From: Octopus vulgaris
Lineage: Eukaryota
Assembly: GCA_951406725.2 (NCBI GenBank)
Contig: OX597825.1
Location: forward strand, 80,972,001 to 81,036,000
Length of the DNA stretch: 64,000 nucleotides
Direction: 5' to 3'
Under the pieces are notes generated by a model that saw only the letters and a list, made by a program, of their open reading frames with translations, ran no database searches and was not told the DNA's origin. A program made the translations under genes and the position numbers. Positions 27,480-41,395 of the stretch are shown here, piece by piece (positions within the stretch are counted from its first letter, which is position 1; every line of letters begins with the position of its first letter).

Positions 27480-27522
27480 CATATATATTATAAAAGATTA
27501 TAAAAATAAGAGTATCATATGG

Positions 27523-27649
27523 TTGACCCTCAACCCTCATGTAACCCTAATGAAGCCCTTGACCCTCAACCCTCATGTAACCCTAATGAAGCCCTTGACC
27601 CTCAACCCTCATGTAACCCTAATGAAGCCCTTGACCCTCAAACCTAATG
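27523..27649 (+). repeat. 36-bp tandem repeat x3.5 built of telomere-like hexamers
   Basis: ttgaccctcaaccctcatgtaaccctaatgaagccc, three perfect copies plus a partial one. Confidence 0.95.
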
Positions 27650-27753
27650 CCAATAATGTCACTTGTTCCTACATCTCAGGAAATCGATCTAAGACCCCTA
27701 TTTTCTGAAGAATTTTCGTTTGCGTTCACGAACCTTTCCAGAAAGAGCAATAG

Positions 27754-27792
<39 letters not shown>

Positions 27793-28199
27793 GAGGTAGA
27801 AGGAGAGAGAGAGGGTGAGGGGGGAGAAAGAGAGGGTTGGGGGGGGAAGAAAGAAAGAGTGGAACTCGGAAATTCAGTTTCGATTCTCGATAATAACAGT
27901 TCTGCGTTCCTCTGCGCCAATCAACGGCTTTGCGAAACAAGTGGAATGATGTCGATCTGGATTTTGCAAGTCTTTCAGTTTGTCTGGTGCTTTGTCTGCA
28001 TAATTCTATGATTGTGACAAATCTTAGCAGTAAAAGAGAATGTATTATGGTTTCAAGACGCACTTCATTGTCGCGTCTTACGGAACGATTACGTCAAACT
28101 GAAGAAATTCTTACGAAATACAGACGAAGGAAGCAGACAGACGCAACATGAAACAGAGACAAATGACATGAAGAACAAGAAGACAAAGGAAAATTAGGT

Positions 28200-28860
28200 A
28201 CACACACACGCACACACACACGCACGCACACATAGACACACACAGAAACACGCACGCAAACACATACACGCAAACACATACACGCACAAATACACACACA
28301 CGCGCACGTAGACACACATACAAATACACAAACATACAAGCACACATACACACAGATACACGCACACACACATGCGCAAACACATACAAACACACGCAAA
28401 CACACACACACGCACGAACATACTCACACACACATGCACAAACACACACAAATAATCACACACGCAAACTTACGAACGCAAATAAACACACACGCAAGCA
28501 CACATATACATAAACACGCACACACATACATAAACACGCACACACACACAAACTTATGAACACAAACCAGCACACACGCAAACACACACACACATAAACA
28601 CAAACACACACACATAAACACAAACACACACATACACAAACTTACAAACACACACAAAAACACAATCACACACACACAGACACACATGCACAAATACATA
28701 CAAACATGCACACTCACACACAAACTTGCAAGCTCCCACATACACACACACACATAAACTCACACACAAACACACACACGCATAAACACACACACAAACA
28801 CACACATACATAAACACACACACATAAACACACACACACACAGAAAAACACACATATACA
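28200..28860. repeat. Degenerate (AC)-rich tract
   Basis: Direct sequence. Confidence 0.9.
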
Positions 28861-29377
28861 TATAATCCTTTTTCGTTCTTGTTTCAGTCATTAGAGTGCG
28901 GCCATCCTGGAGCATGTCTTTCAAGAATTTTAGTCCAACGATTCGATTCTTGTACTTATCATTTCAAACTAATTTTATCATTGCCCGGCTCCATTTAATT
29001 GAACAATGCAATCATTACATCAGTTCCAATGCAGTGCAATCATCAGCTGCACAAAATAAACAGAATTTTAACTAGTTGGACACATTAATATAATTTTTCT
29101 CAAATACTTTAATAGAGCAAGAAGATGGAAGAAATTCCTGTTGTCGCTATTGTAACTAAGAATTGACTATACTTCCAAAAATGGCATGAAGTCCACTGGG
29201 GTCATGGCTTCTAAAGTATTGTGATTCTAAGACTAGAAGAGTGTGTCTGTTTAGAATGAAGGGAAAGGGTGAGTTGACATCTCCTGGCTAGGTATGGTCA
29301 TAAATATTGTCATATGTATCCCTTTTCCTCAGGAAAGAAAGAAGCCATTTGGAGACTAAGTACCTAATTTGACTGAA

Positions 29378-29441
<64 letters not shown>

Positions 29442-29652
29442 AATTTAGAAAAAACACCTTTTATCAATTCAAAATAATATTCCCTCAAATAATTATATAT
29501 ATATGTTACAAGTATTGGGGGTGATGTACAGATTTAATACATATGAAACTACAGGAGTAGTTGAAAGCGCTAATAGGAAGTAATAATATGTGATATGTAA
29601 ATAAATATATATTTTTACAACCATCCAGCATTCTGAACATCTTTTTTCTTCC

Positions 29653-29736
<84 letters not shown>

Positions 29737-29828
29737 GTATGTATGTATGTATGTATATGAATTTTCCATGCTGGACCGCTGAAATCTACAAGTTTTCTTC
29801 CTTCTCTCTCTGTTTATTTTCACTTATC

Positions 29829-29865
29829 CCTTTCTGTTGAAGAGCATAGGCTCGAAACGTAAAGG
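29829..29865 (+). ncRNA. Hammerhead-like motif (variant core CTGTTGA)
   Basis: CCTTT-CTGTTGA-A-GAGC(atag)GCTC-GAAA-CG-TA-AAGG in a short repeat between TA tracts. Confidence 0.45.
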
Positions 29866-29984
29866 ACTTTTCCATTCTTCCCGAGCGTCAAACTAAATAC
29901 ACTTACTCGTTGTTCATACACCTGTCTTCGTCTTTTGATTTTCTATAAATTTCAAATATATATATATATATATATATATATGTC

Positions 29985-30016
<32 letters not shown>

Positions 30017-30062
30017 TGTATGTATGTATGTATGTATGTATGTATGTATGTATGTATGTATG

Positions 30063-30096
<34 letters not shown>

Positions 30097-30814
30097 TGTG
30101 TCTGTATGTGTTTGTTTGTGTGTGGGTGTTTGTGTTTAATCGACATAATTTTGTTTGAACAGATGGGAAAGAAATTAATGCGTGTATGTATGTTTTATAA
30201 TTAAATTTAAAATGACCAAAAATATTAACGTATAGTATATATATATACTTGTGTATTGAGTTATATTTATCCTGTTTGTGTGTGTGTGTGTCCGTTCTCG
30301 GTGCACGTGCATATATATGTATGTATACACAAACATATGCGTACATGTACGAGCATACGCACGCACGCCCACACATGTTGGGAAAGTTAAAAACCTAAAC
30401 GTGAAACTGCGCAAGATGTTTGTGTGCGACTGTTTTCGTGCTGCGTGATTTCACTTTTGTGCACGTTTTTGCGAATGCATTATGTATGGAATGCCAGCAC
30501 GTGGAAGCTCCTGTCATGTATGCTAGCGCGTGCGCGTGCAACGCTATTGTTCTACACTGTTGTGCAAACGCTGTTGCTATTATGCTGGATGTTGCACGAT
30601 GGTACTCATGTAAACCTAAAGTTTTATTTATGGTCATTTACTGTTATGTAAGACTTCGTATGTCTGTAGACGCGTTCCTTTTTCGTTGTTGTTGTTGTTG
30701 TTGTTTCGTGTTTTCCTATATTTATAATTTCAAACCACCGGATCTCTCTCTCTTTCTCTCTTAAACTCTCTCTCTCACTGTGTCTCTACCTATCCATCTA
30801 TCTATCTATCTATT

Positions 30815-31036
30815 GACATTTCTGTGATAACGATCCCTATTGATCAATTTTTTTCCTCCCCCCTTTTTTTTAAACCCCCTTTTTTTGTCCTCTTTCTCTC
30901 CTTTTACGATCCCTTTTGATCGAAACTCCCCCTTCCTTTTTTTTTTTTTTTTTTTTTTCTTAAACCTTCAAAAGAAAAGCTCTACCTTGTAATTTGTTCT
31001 ATCTGTGTGCAGCCCTGTGTGGCTAATAAAGAAACA
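30815..31036 (+). mobile_element. LINE-like 3' UTR fragment inserted in (TATC)n
   Basis: Pyrimidine-rich body ending ctgtgtgcagccctgtgtggctaataaagaaa; TATC repeats on both sides. Confidence 0.55.
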
Positions 31037-31170
<134 letters not shown>

Positions 31171-31171
31171 C

Positions 31172-31229
<58 letters not shown>

Positions 31230-31234
31230 CTCTC

Positions 31235-31275
<41 letters not shown>

Positions 31276-31290
31276 GTATGTATGTATTTA

Positions 31291-31326
<36 letters not shown>

Positions 31327-31417
31327 TATATATACAGATATATGTATATATATAGATATATGTATGTATATATAGTATGTATGTATGTATGTATGCATGT
31401 ATATATATATATACATA

Positions 31418-31525
<108 letters not shown>

Positions 31526-32372
31526 GACATCTATGTGTATGTAATCGTGCGTATGACGCTGTGTATGCCGTATATGCTGTCTGTGATGCCAGTGGAATTT
31601 GTTAAAGCATATTTCTCTGTTATTCCAAAGATCAACTCTAACTTAACTCGCATCATTCTCTCTTAAATTCGCGTTTGACTTTTTCTATTATTTCCCCCTC
31701 CCTCTCTCTTTGCCTATCTTTCTCTTTTTCGCTCTCTCATTCTCAAACGCCATCTATTTCTATCTCTTTCCCTTTCTACACTTAATTCTTCCAGACTATC
31801 ACCCTAACTCCTTTTCTCAACACGATTTCTCTTTTCCTTCCTATCATTGCCTTCCATTATTCTTTAGCTTTCCCTTGTTCTCTATTTCTATGTATGATTC
31901 TGTCATTCCTCTTCGCATTCTAAGCCATCTCATCTCATCTATTTCTCTCTCTCTCTCTCTCTCACACACTCTCTGTACCATTCTCTATCTTCCTCTCTGT
32001 CTCTCTCTATTATTATTATTTTTCCTGGAAAGTATACGTATCCACACTAGAAAAGCAGCTTGGAGTTTTCTCACCTGCTTGGCACCAATCTAGCGCCAAG
32101 ACATATCTATCTCTTAGCATGCATATCGCGCCCCTCTCTCTCTCTCTTCTTCCTCATTTACCTGTGCGTATTCCTTATTTGCTTTTCTCTGGCACACCAC
32201 TTCCATTCTTCGACAACTGTTGTCGCTACTTTTCGCTCAGCTTCTTTTCATTTAAAGACGCGAAAAACAAAACAGAAAAGAATAAAATAAACAAAACTAT
32301 GTATAATAGCAAAATGACACATATGCACAAACATATACACACACACATATACATACATGCATATATATACAT

Positions 32373-32427
<55 letters not shown>

Positions 32428-32519
32428 CACATATATATACATATATATACATATATATATATATGTATATGTATATATATATATACATCTCTTTTTGTGC
32501 ATATATATATATATGTATA

Positions 32520-32582
<63 letters not shown>

Positions 32583-32589
32583 GCTTAGG

Positions 32590-32735
32590 TATTTCAAATT
32601 CCACCGAGGTCGACTTTGTTTTTCATCCTTTTCGGGGTCGATAAATTATGTACCAGTTGCGTACTGAGGTCGATTTAATCGACTGGTCCCCTCCTTAAAT
32701 ATTTCGGGCCTTGTTCCTAGAGTAGAAAAGAACAT
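32590..32735 (+). mobile_element. SINE family A, 5'-truncated
   Basis: Core plus cctagagtagaaaagaa tail. Confidence 0.8.
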
Positions 32736-32826
32736 CTGCTTAGGCATATATATATTTAAACCGGGGTGCGTTGCGTTCCGTTGCTTAATACATGAAAAAA
32801 TGTATTGTAAATAATCAACGTCAGGG

Positions 32827-32875
<49 letters not shown>

Positions 32876-33342
32876 TGCACACACATGTATATAATCATAA
32901 TATCTATAACTAAATATATATAGCTTGGCAATGTTGTTGATGACACAGGAAAGATAGAAAGAAAAAAGAAGAGATTGGAGAGAAAGACAGAGAATCGGAG
33001 AGAGAGAGAGATAGAGAGAGAAAGAGGAAGAGAGGGAGAGCCGAGAGAGAGGGAGAGCAGAGAGAGAGAGAGGGGTGAATAAAAAAAAGAGACAGAAGAA
33101 TGAAGAAAGGGAATAAATATGAAAGACAAACCAAACACGTAGAGAGAGAGACCAACATTGAATAAACAAGAAAATAAATAAATAAATACAAAGCAACACA
33201 CAAAAAAAAAATAAAAAACAAGGAACGACAGCTTTTGCAACCACAAGAAGAACCACTGCACAAGAATGGTACAAATGAAGATAACAAGCGAAAAATAACA
33301 ACAGCAGCATCGACTGCAGCAGCAACAGCAGCAGGAATTGTG

Positions 33343-33376
<34 letters not shown>

Positions 33377-33575
33377 TAGTAGTAGAGCTAGAAACAGCAG
33401 CAGCAGCAGTAGTAGCTGCTGTTATTGAGTTATAATAGCGGCGGGGAGAAGGATATCGGCAGCAACAACGGGTAGGAGAATAACCGCTGGAAAACACCAC
33501 CGCCGCCGCCGACGCCGACACCACTACCAGCTGTAGCAGCAACAACAACAACAACAACAACAATTATTACTACTA

Positions 33576-33610
<35 letters not shown>

Positions 33611-34669
33611 ACTATTGCTGCTGCTGCTGCTGCGATAATCACTCGGCACGGAGAGTAGCGAAGCAACTATAAACAAAAGAGAAGGTAAAGAGAAAGAAAC
33701 AAAAAATATTTGAAAAGGAAAAGGAGAAGGAAAAAAAAATGCAGGAACCATAGCAACAAAAATAACATCAGTAAACAAGAAGAAGAAGAACAACAACAAC
33801 AATAACAGCAGCAGTGACAACAACAACAACAACAACCAAGAGGAAGATTAGAACAACAATATAAAAGAATAAAAACCAACAATTGAAGACATATTGTATA
33901 ATATTATATATAATATATATATATAAATATAAAATATATATATATAATATAATATATATATATATAATATATATATATAACATAATATAATATAATATAT
34001 ATATATATATATATATATGCATGCATATATATGCTCACATGTTCTGAATATGATCCGAGTTAAAATATGAGAAAGAGAAATATTCAGAATTAAATTGATA
34101 TAAGGCTTCTAAGTTTGGTAAAATACCCAGGATCGAATATACCTACCAAAACAGGATATGTACGTATTTTGCTGATGTCTTCCACCGCTAAATTAACCCA
34201 CCACCACAACCACCACCACCGCCGCCACTACTACCACCGTCATCATCATCATCATCATCATCATCATCAGCATCATCGCCAAATTGTAACATATTGATTG
34301 TTGCTTATAATTGCTTTCTAATTAAGAAAGACTTTGGAAGTATAAATTATCTGGGAATAAATAACATAGATCGAGACCAGGTGTGCTAACCGGCGTAAAG
34401 AACCAAAAAGCTGTTGGTTGGTGAATTGTTCGGCAGAGGTGTTTGCTGTCAAGTGACACGGATCTAATATTAATGTGTCTTGTTTTCACAAAAAAAAAAA
34501 CAACCAAAAAAACAAAGAAACAAAACAAGATTGAACAATTCTCAACGTGTCAAAGTCCTTTTATCAACTCTTTTCAGTGATACCATAACGGATATTAACT
34601 ATCTTGCTTCGGAATTTTAATTTAATCATATAAAACAGACAACTCTCTTTCACACAAACACACGCACAC

Positions 34670-34786
<117 letters not shown>

Positions 34787-35202
34787 TAATATATATATAT
34801 ATATATATATAAATATTATTTCGTTTCGCTCAAAAAATTTTAGCCGACAAATTGAAAAGTATATATACAATATATATATTATACATACATACATTTATAT
34901 GTATATGCACACACTCATATATACATTTGTATATGTTTATATATAAAAATGATGTTTATCGAATCTTAGTTGTATTGTTGACGCGTATGTTTCTTCGCGG
35001 GAAAACGTAAGCACACCGCTTTTATACATTACATATTTACAGTAGTCACACACACACACACGCGCACACACACACACATACACACACACACACACACATA
35101 TGTACATACATGAATGTAGATGCACGTACGTACACACACAAGGAACAACATTAAAACAGTGTTCATTTCACGAGGATATTCGCGAAAGAAGTTAACATGA
35201 GG

Positions 35203-35271
<69 letters not shown>

Positions 35272-36546
35272 CCGTTGTTATACTTATATCGCTCGCCTCC
35301 ACTTATACCAAGGAACAAGGATACCACCTCCTCCACCTTCACCATCCCCTACTGCAACCACCACCGAAACCGCCACCACCGTCGCCACCGCCATCACCAC
35401 CCACCCCACCACTGCCACCATCAACATCATTACATTGTATAATTAGTGTTTTTTTTCTATCACTTGCTCTCCAACAATCAACAATATTTTCATGCAATCA
35501 GACAATTAACAAACTATACAGGATGGTCAGATCTGGAAGGTGTTGCGCATTGGTCTGCTTGGTGACCAACAACAAAAACTACAACAACAACAACAGCAAT
35601 AACAACAACTACAATCACAATAACTATTTAATATCATACACACGTGATTGAACTGTCGCGTAGCCATTCGAAAACAACGAATATTTATTTAAAGCGAAAG
35701 TAGAAGACACCAAAATCCGTGCAATACCAACACCCACCCACACAAACACAGCATGCGCATATTTCGTCGGAAAAAAACGCCGGGGCTTATATGTGATCGT
35801 TCAATTTACTAGAAATAACAGCCAAAACTCTCTCATATTACATCTTAGTTATTTTTTCTTTGTTTAATGACAAACGGTAAAGGCATATTAGATAAAGAGA
35901 GGTTTTGCAGCTGATTAGGACAAAAAAAAATATAAATAAAAAATAAAAGTAGAAATAGAAGAAAAGAAGTAAAAAACAATCAAGAAACTGAATGGTCGTG
36001 TTTAGAACGGATTTGACCACCGGTCAGTTAGATCAGGGATGACTTGAAAGCGAATACAACAACAACAACACTTCCAAACCTAAATCATTCATGCGTATCC
36101 ATACATAAGTACACACATACACACACCAACGTATAAATATATACATACGTTCATGCTTGTGGATATGTGAATTCACACACACACACACACAAAACATAAA
36201 AAAGAATTAAAAAAAAAAAATAGAAAACGGAACATAGATACAATGTCAAATGTCAACGCGAAGATAAGAATCATTGACTTTTTTGGTTTTTGGTTTCGAT
36301 TGGTTTGTGTGTTCAGAAGGTAATAATGACACAACACCAACAGCTTTGTTATTACCATTACAATCAGAAACGACACCACCAACACCACTACCACCGATAC
36401 AATCACCTAAAACTACCACATCCGCACTGTAGCCAACACGACAGTATCAGTTGTAATACGGCAAGCATATAGACATCAGCTGCTTAAAAACTACCAAACA
36501 TACACGCATACACCCACACACAGACAAACAGACATTCAAATTAGCG

Positions 36547-36578
<32 letters not shown>

Positions 36579-36579
36579 G

Positions 36580-36638
<59 letters not shown>

Positions 36639-36863
36639 GAAGGGTTTGACCCACCTAACGCACATTTACAGATTGTACAACCTACGTAAACGTTGCTGCT
36701 AAATTTCAAATATGTCGCTAATGATGTTGGGTGAGGCATGCAAGCCACAAGGTCTCCCTTCATTTTCATCTCTCCATTCATTACATAAATACGTGGCTTT
36801 GTGTAAGAAACCAGAAAATAAATAAATACATAAATAGTTTTCGAAAGTTATAATTTGATGTCA

Positions 36864-36907
36864 TCAGTCTGATGAAGGCAAGCAAACCGAAACTTCGAAC
36901 TCACTGA
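36864..36907 (+). ncRNA. Hammerhead ribozyme-like motif with canonical CTGATGA core
   Basis: TCAGT-CTGATGA-A-GG(caagcaaa)CC-GAAA-cttcgaac-TC-ACTGA; 5-bp stem I, palindromic ttcgaa in stem III. Confidence 0.55.
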
Positions 36908-37260
36908 CAACCTTTTCGTTGTAAAAAAATATATAAGTAAATGTATGTATACATATATGCACAAGCCTCCGCGTGTATATTTTTGAATTGAATTATACAC
37001 ACAAATACACGCACACACTCACACTCACATACAAACGCAGAAACACAAAACAACTTATATATATACACACACATTCTTACTCACACAGTCTTACACACAC
37101 ACATATATATGCATACACACGCACACACACACACATATGTGTATGGATCAAAAATATAGAAAATATTAAATATTCCAAATATTAACAGATCTATACTGAT
37201 GTATTATAAAAAGATAAACGAAATGCAACAAAAAGAAAAACAGCAATAAAAAATACTACA

Positions 37261-37298
<38 letters not shown>

Positions 37299-37299
37299 A

Positions 37300-37367
<68 letters not shown>

Positions 37368-37368
37368 A

Positions 37369-37411
<43 letters not shown>

Positions 37412-38552
37412 TGTACCTTATACAGAACAGCATTTCGATATAAATTGATTTTCACAACAGTATACCAATGATTATACTGAGAAAAACAAATACAATCACA
37501 TCAAAAAAGGAAAAGAAAATATAATAATAATAATAATAAAAAAGACAAAACAATTGTTATATATTTGTTTATTTATTTACCCTTCATACGATCACCACCG
37601 CCACCACTACCACCACCACCGCTATCACCGACTCCGCCACTCTCATCATTATCGATCCCCACGGTCATTATCATCATCATCATCATCACCTACATCATCA
37701 TCATCATCATCGTCAGCAGCATTACTGTTACCAACATGATATTTTTAATACTTCTGTTACTCTTAACTTCGAGCCACAAAACGCAATTAACCTAAACATT
37801 GCGGTTGAATGTACGTCAATGTATTTGGAGTCGGAAGAAAAGAAAAAAAAAAATTCAGCCAAAAAACAACAACAACAACAACAACAAAAAACACGTGTGA
37901 AAGCGAACACAATTACATTTTGAACAACAACAATAATAATAACAACAACAACAAAATGGCGACGACGTCGACGAAGATTACAATTACAGGTGATAAATAA
38001 TATCATGAATAATTGAACGGAAATAGATTTCTCTCTCTTTCTCTCCGTCTCTCTCGCTCTCTCTCTACCTCTTCCTTTTCCTTCATACGTGTGTGCGCGT
38101 GGTGTCACGCCTGGCAATAAACTAACAACGTTGTGCTCAACCGGAAGTTAGCTGGACTATTTAAATATCCTTTTGAAGATTTAATTCTGTCACAGTTATT
38201 GTTTGTTATTATCCTTCATTTTTGTGCTTTTATTCTTTTCATTTTCACTTTTCTTTTTGTGTGTATATATATATAATTATATTGTGTATTTTGTTTATAT
38301 ATGTTAATAATTGTTATCATTATGGCGAGCAGTTCAGAACAGAGATAATTAGAAACGCAACCATTGAATTTTGTCATCCACAATTCCAAAGGTTTTCTTG
38401 CTCGCAGCCAAATTAAACTCCATCATTGAAACTTTGCTCCTCACTTAGAGATTCATGAAAATGCCATGAATGGCGATACAACCATTGCTCTTGTCCTTTT
38501 AAAATCAAGCTCAAATAAATTTGCTTTAATTTGAAACTATATATACATACAT

Positions 38553-38591
<39 letters not shown>

Positions 38592-38659
38592 CATACATAT
38601 ATACATACATACAACCACATATATACATACCAACATTCATACATAAATTCATTCATTCA

Positions 38660-38700
<41 letters not shown>

Positions 38701-40019
38701 GTACGTACGTACGTACACACGAACCCCTTCTTTTTCTTGCCATCATTTCCCCCTCTTTAATTTTTTTTGTATCTTTCCTATGACAAAAGACTAACTTCCG
38801 AAACGTGAGTACTCTTAAAACTTGTCCCTCCCGTGTGGTCTTTGTTCTGTGCTCAATTACACCACCCACTTTACACACATACACATACGCACGCGCGTAC
38901 CCCCCCAGCCTCACGCAATCTATATATACTTGAAGAAAGGTTTACAGGGTCATCAATACACATCTTCCTCGACGGAAAGACACCATATTTTATTCTTATA
39001 ATTGCGATTTGTTGTTGCTACTGCTGTTTGTTACTGTTGCCACACGGTCCTTTATATTCTCAAAATCATTTTGTCTTATATATATATATATTTATATATA
39101 TATATATATATATATGCAGACAATTTCAAATTATTCTTTGGAAATGAAAAAATTTATAAATCAACAAGTAATATGTCGATTTTTTTTAAAACAAAATTGT
39201 TCTATTGCTAAAAATTTCGTTCCTCTTCCGCTTCAACTGCAATTATAATACTATAAAGCATTATCTAACTATAAACTACAAACCCACACTTATATATTTA
39301 CCCTCTCAGACCGCCACTAAGTCCACCAAATTCCAGTGTTTAACTTTTTATAACTTATATCTTTGTTATATTTCACTTACGATATCGTCCTCTGCAGTGA
39401 AATACCTTCTATCGTCTGCTACAAATTCCTCCATTTTAACTCTGATATTTCTTAGTGTTAAACCTATTGACCGAGCTTACATCTATTTAAATTCATATCT
39501 TTTTTATTTCTCTCTCTTTCTCCCCTTATCTCTCTCTCCCCCCTCTCTCTCTCTGTTTATCTAGCTACTGCTTTATATCGTTCACTATTGATCCACTTAC
39601 TTAAATTACTTGTCTGTTCAGCGTCTCTTTTCCGCCATTTATTTTGTTGCTGTTGACACAAAGAGCCGTCTTCAAATCCAGCATTGCTGTTGATTTCTCT
39701 CGGATGTTGTTTACATTGTTTACATTAGTTCAAGTCAACCAGGCAAGGATTTAAGCTCAACACTTTTACTAACAACACGACTGTAACAGAAAGCGATCAG
39801 TTGTTTAAGCCGTTAATCTCAAACTTTTCTAATAACTATTTACATTAAATAGCATTAAGTCAGTGCTAAGTAGGCTTATTTGCCAAACACACTGTAGAAT
39901 TTTGGTCCATCGGCACTCGATCACTAGTGGCATTTAACTGTTTTACTGCCAATCATCCATTGAATTCATCAGCTATTTAAATCTTTGAGCAGAAACCTCG
40001 CTCTTTATCACTCGTGCTC

Positions 40020-40345
<326 letters not shown>

Positions 40346-40746
40346 CTATGCATGCATTTGCGTGTGTCCGTTAATTGTTTAAGTAAGTGAATATCTGCTT
40401 ATTTCATTATCTCAAGACTGCCAGCATACAATATTTTTATCTACATTACATACAAACACACACACAAACACAAACACACACACACGCACACACACACACA
40501 CACACACACAGATATACATATATTACATATCATATCTTCAGTATAGTTGTATATTTATTAATTATCTACCCTCCATTGATTGCTTGTCTGCCTAACAGTA
40601 TAACTACTTAATCTTAAGAATACCTATCTATCCATCCATCCATCCATCCATCAAATATAATATATTATAACATAATATAGGATATATATATTTATTATTA
40701 CTATTATTACTATATATATATATACATATATATATATATAGCAAAC

Positions 40747-41148
40747 ATGCGAAACGTGATAAGAACTAGCCACGAGCAGCGCCGGCGCATGAGTCTGGTG
40801 ACGAGCCCAAACAACCGACTGCCCAGCGCATCTTCCACACCAATTCCTCCAGAATTAACGAGTCGGCGCCACTCGCTGCATGGAGGGAATGTAGCCCCTG
40901 ACGATCCTCTTCTTACTCTGGCTAATAAACTAAACGTTAAGCGTGGCTCCAATAGTATCGTATCGACGACAGCTATGTCGAAGCTCAACCTCCGCAGACT
41001 TTCCGAAATCAGGATGCCAAATTCAGCGAAATTCCATTTCAAACGGATTACATCGGAATTGAAAACATGGAAGGTTATTGTAATCGTCTTGTTTATCTTT
41101 GTCTCGATAATCTTTGTCATTGTATATTCGGCTTATCGATATATTTGA
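40747..41148 (+). CDS. 133-aa tail-anchored single-pass membrane protein with four RRxS/KRxS motifs; C-terminal 57 aa phospholamban/sarcolipin-like
   Basis: Complex, visibly GC-richer ORF between (AT)n tracts; CAAAC-ATG start context just after an AG; hydrophobic segment V110-Y127; AATAAA at 41154-41159. Confidence 0.75.
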   Translation: MRNVIRTSHEQRRRMSLVTSPNNRLPSASSTPIPPELTSRRHSLHGGNVAPDDPLLTLANKLNVKRGSNSIVSTTAMSKLNLRRLSEIRMPNSAKFHFKRITSELKTWKVIVIVLFIFVSIIFVIVYSAYRYI

Positions 41149-41225
41149 CGGTGAATAAAGGGTTAGTCACCCACCTTTATTTTTGAGACTTATTAACTCA
41201 CAGCAATACATATTATATGTGTATA

Positions 41226-41257
<32 letters not shown>

Positions 41258-41274
41258 CACACATATATATATAA

Positions 41275-41395
<121 letters not shown>

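Noticed and set aside
27523-27649. CRISPR-like 36-bp repeats
   Set aside because: No spacers; contiguous tandem repeat in eukaryotic DNA
38775-38815. Additional hammerhead-like remnants (also 46198-46240)
   Set aside because: Core too degenerate and stems not convincingly paired
40710-41120. 136-aa minus-strand ORF
   Set aside because: Antisense shadow of the 40747-41148 ORF; no ATG start and runs into (AT)n
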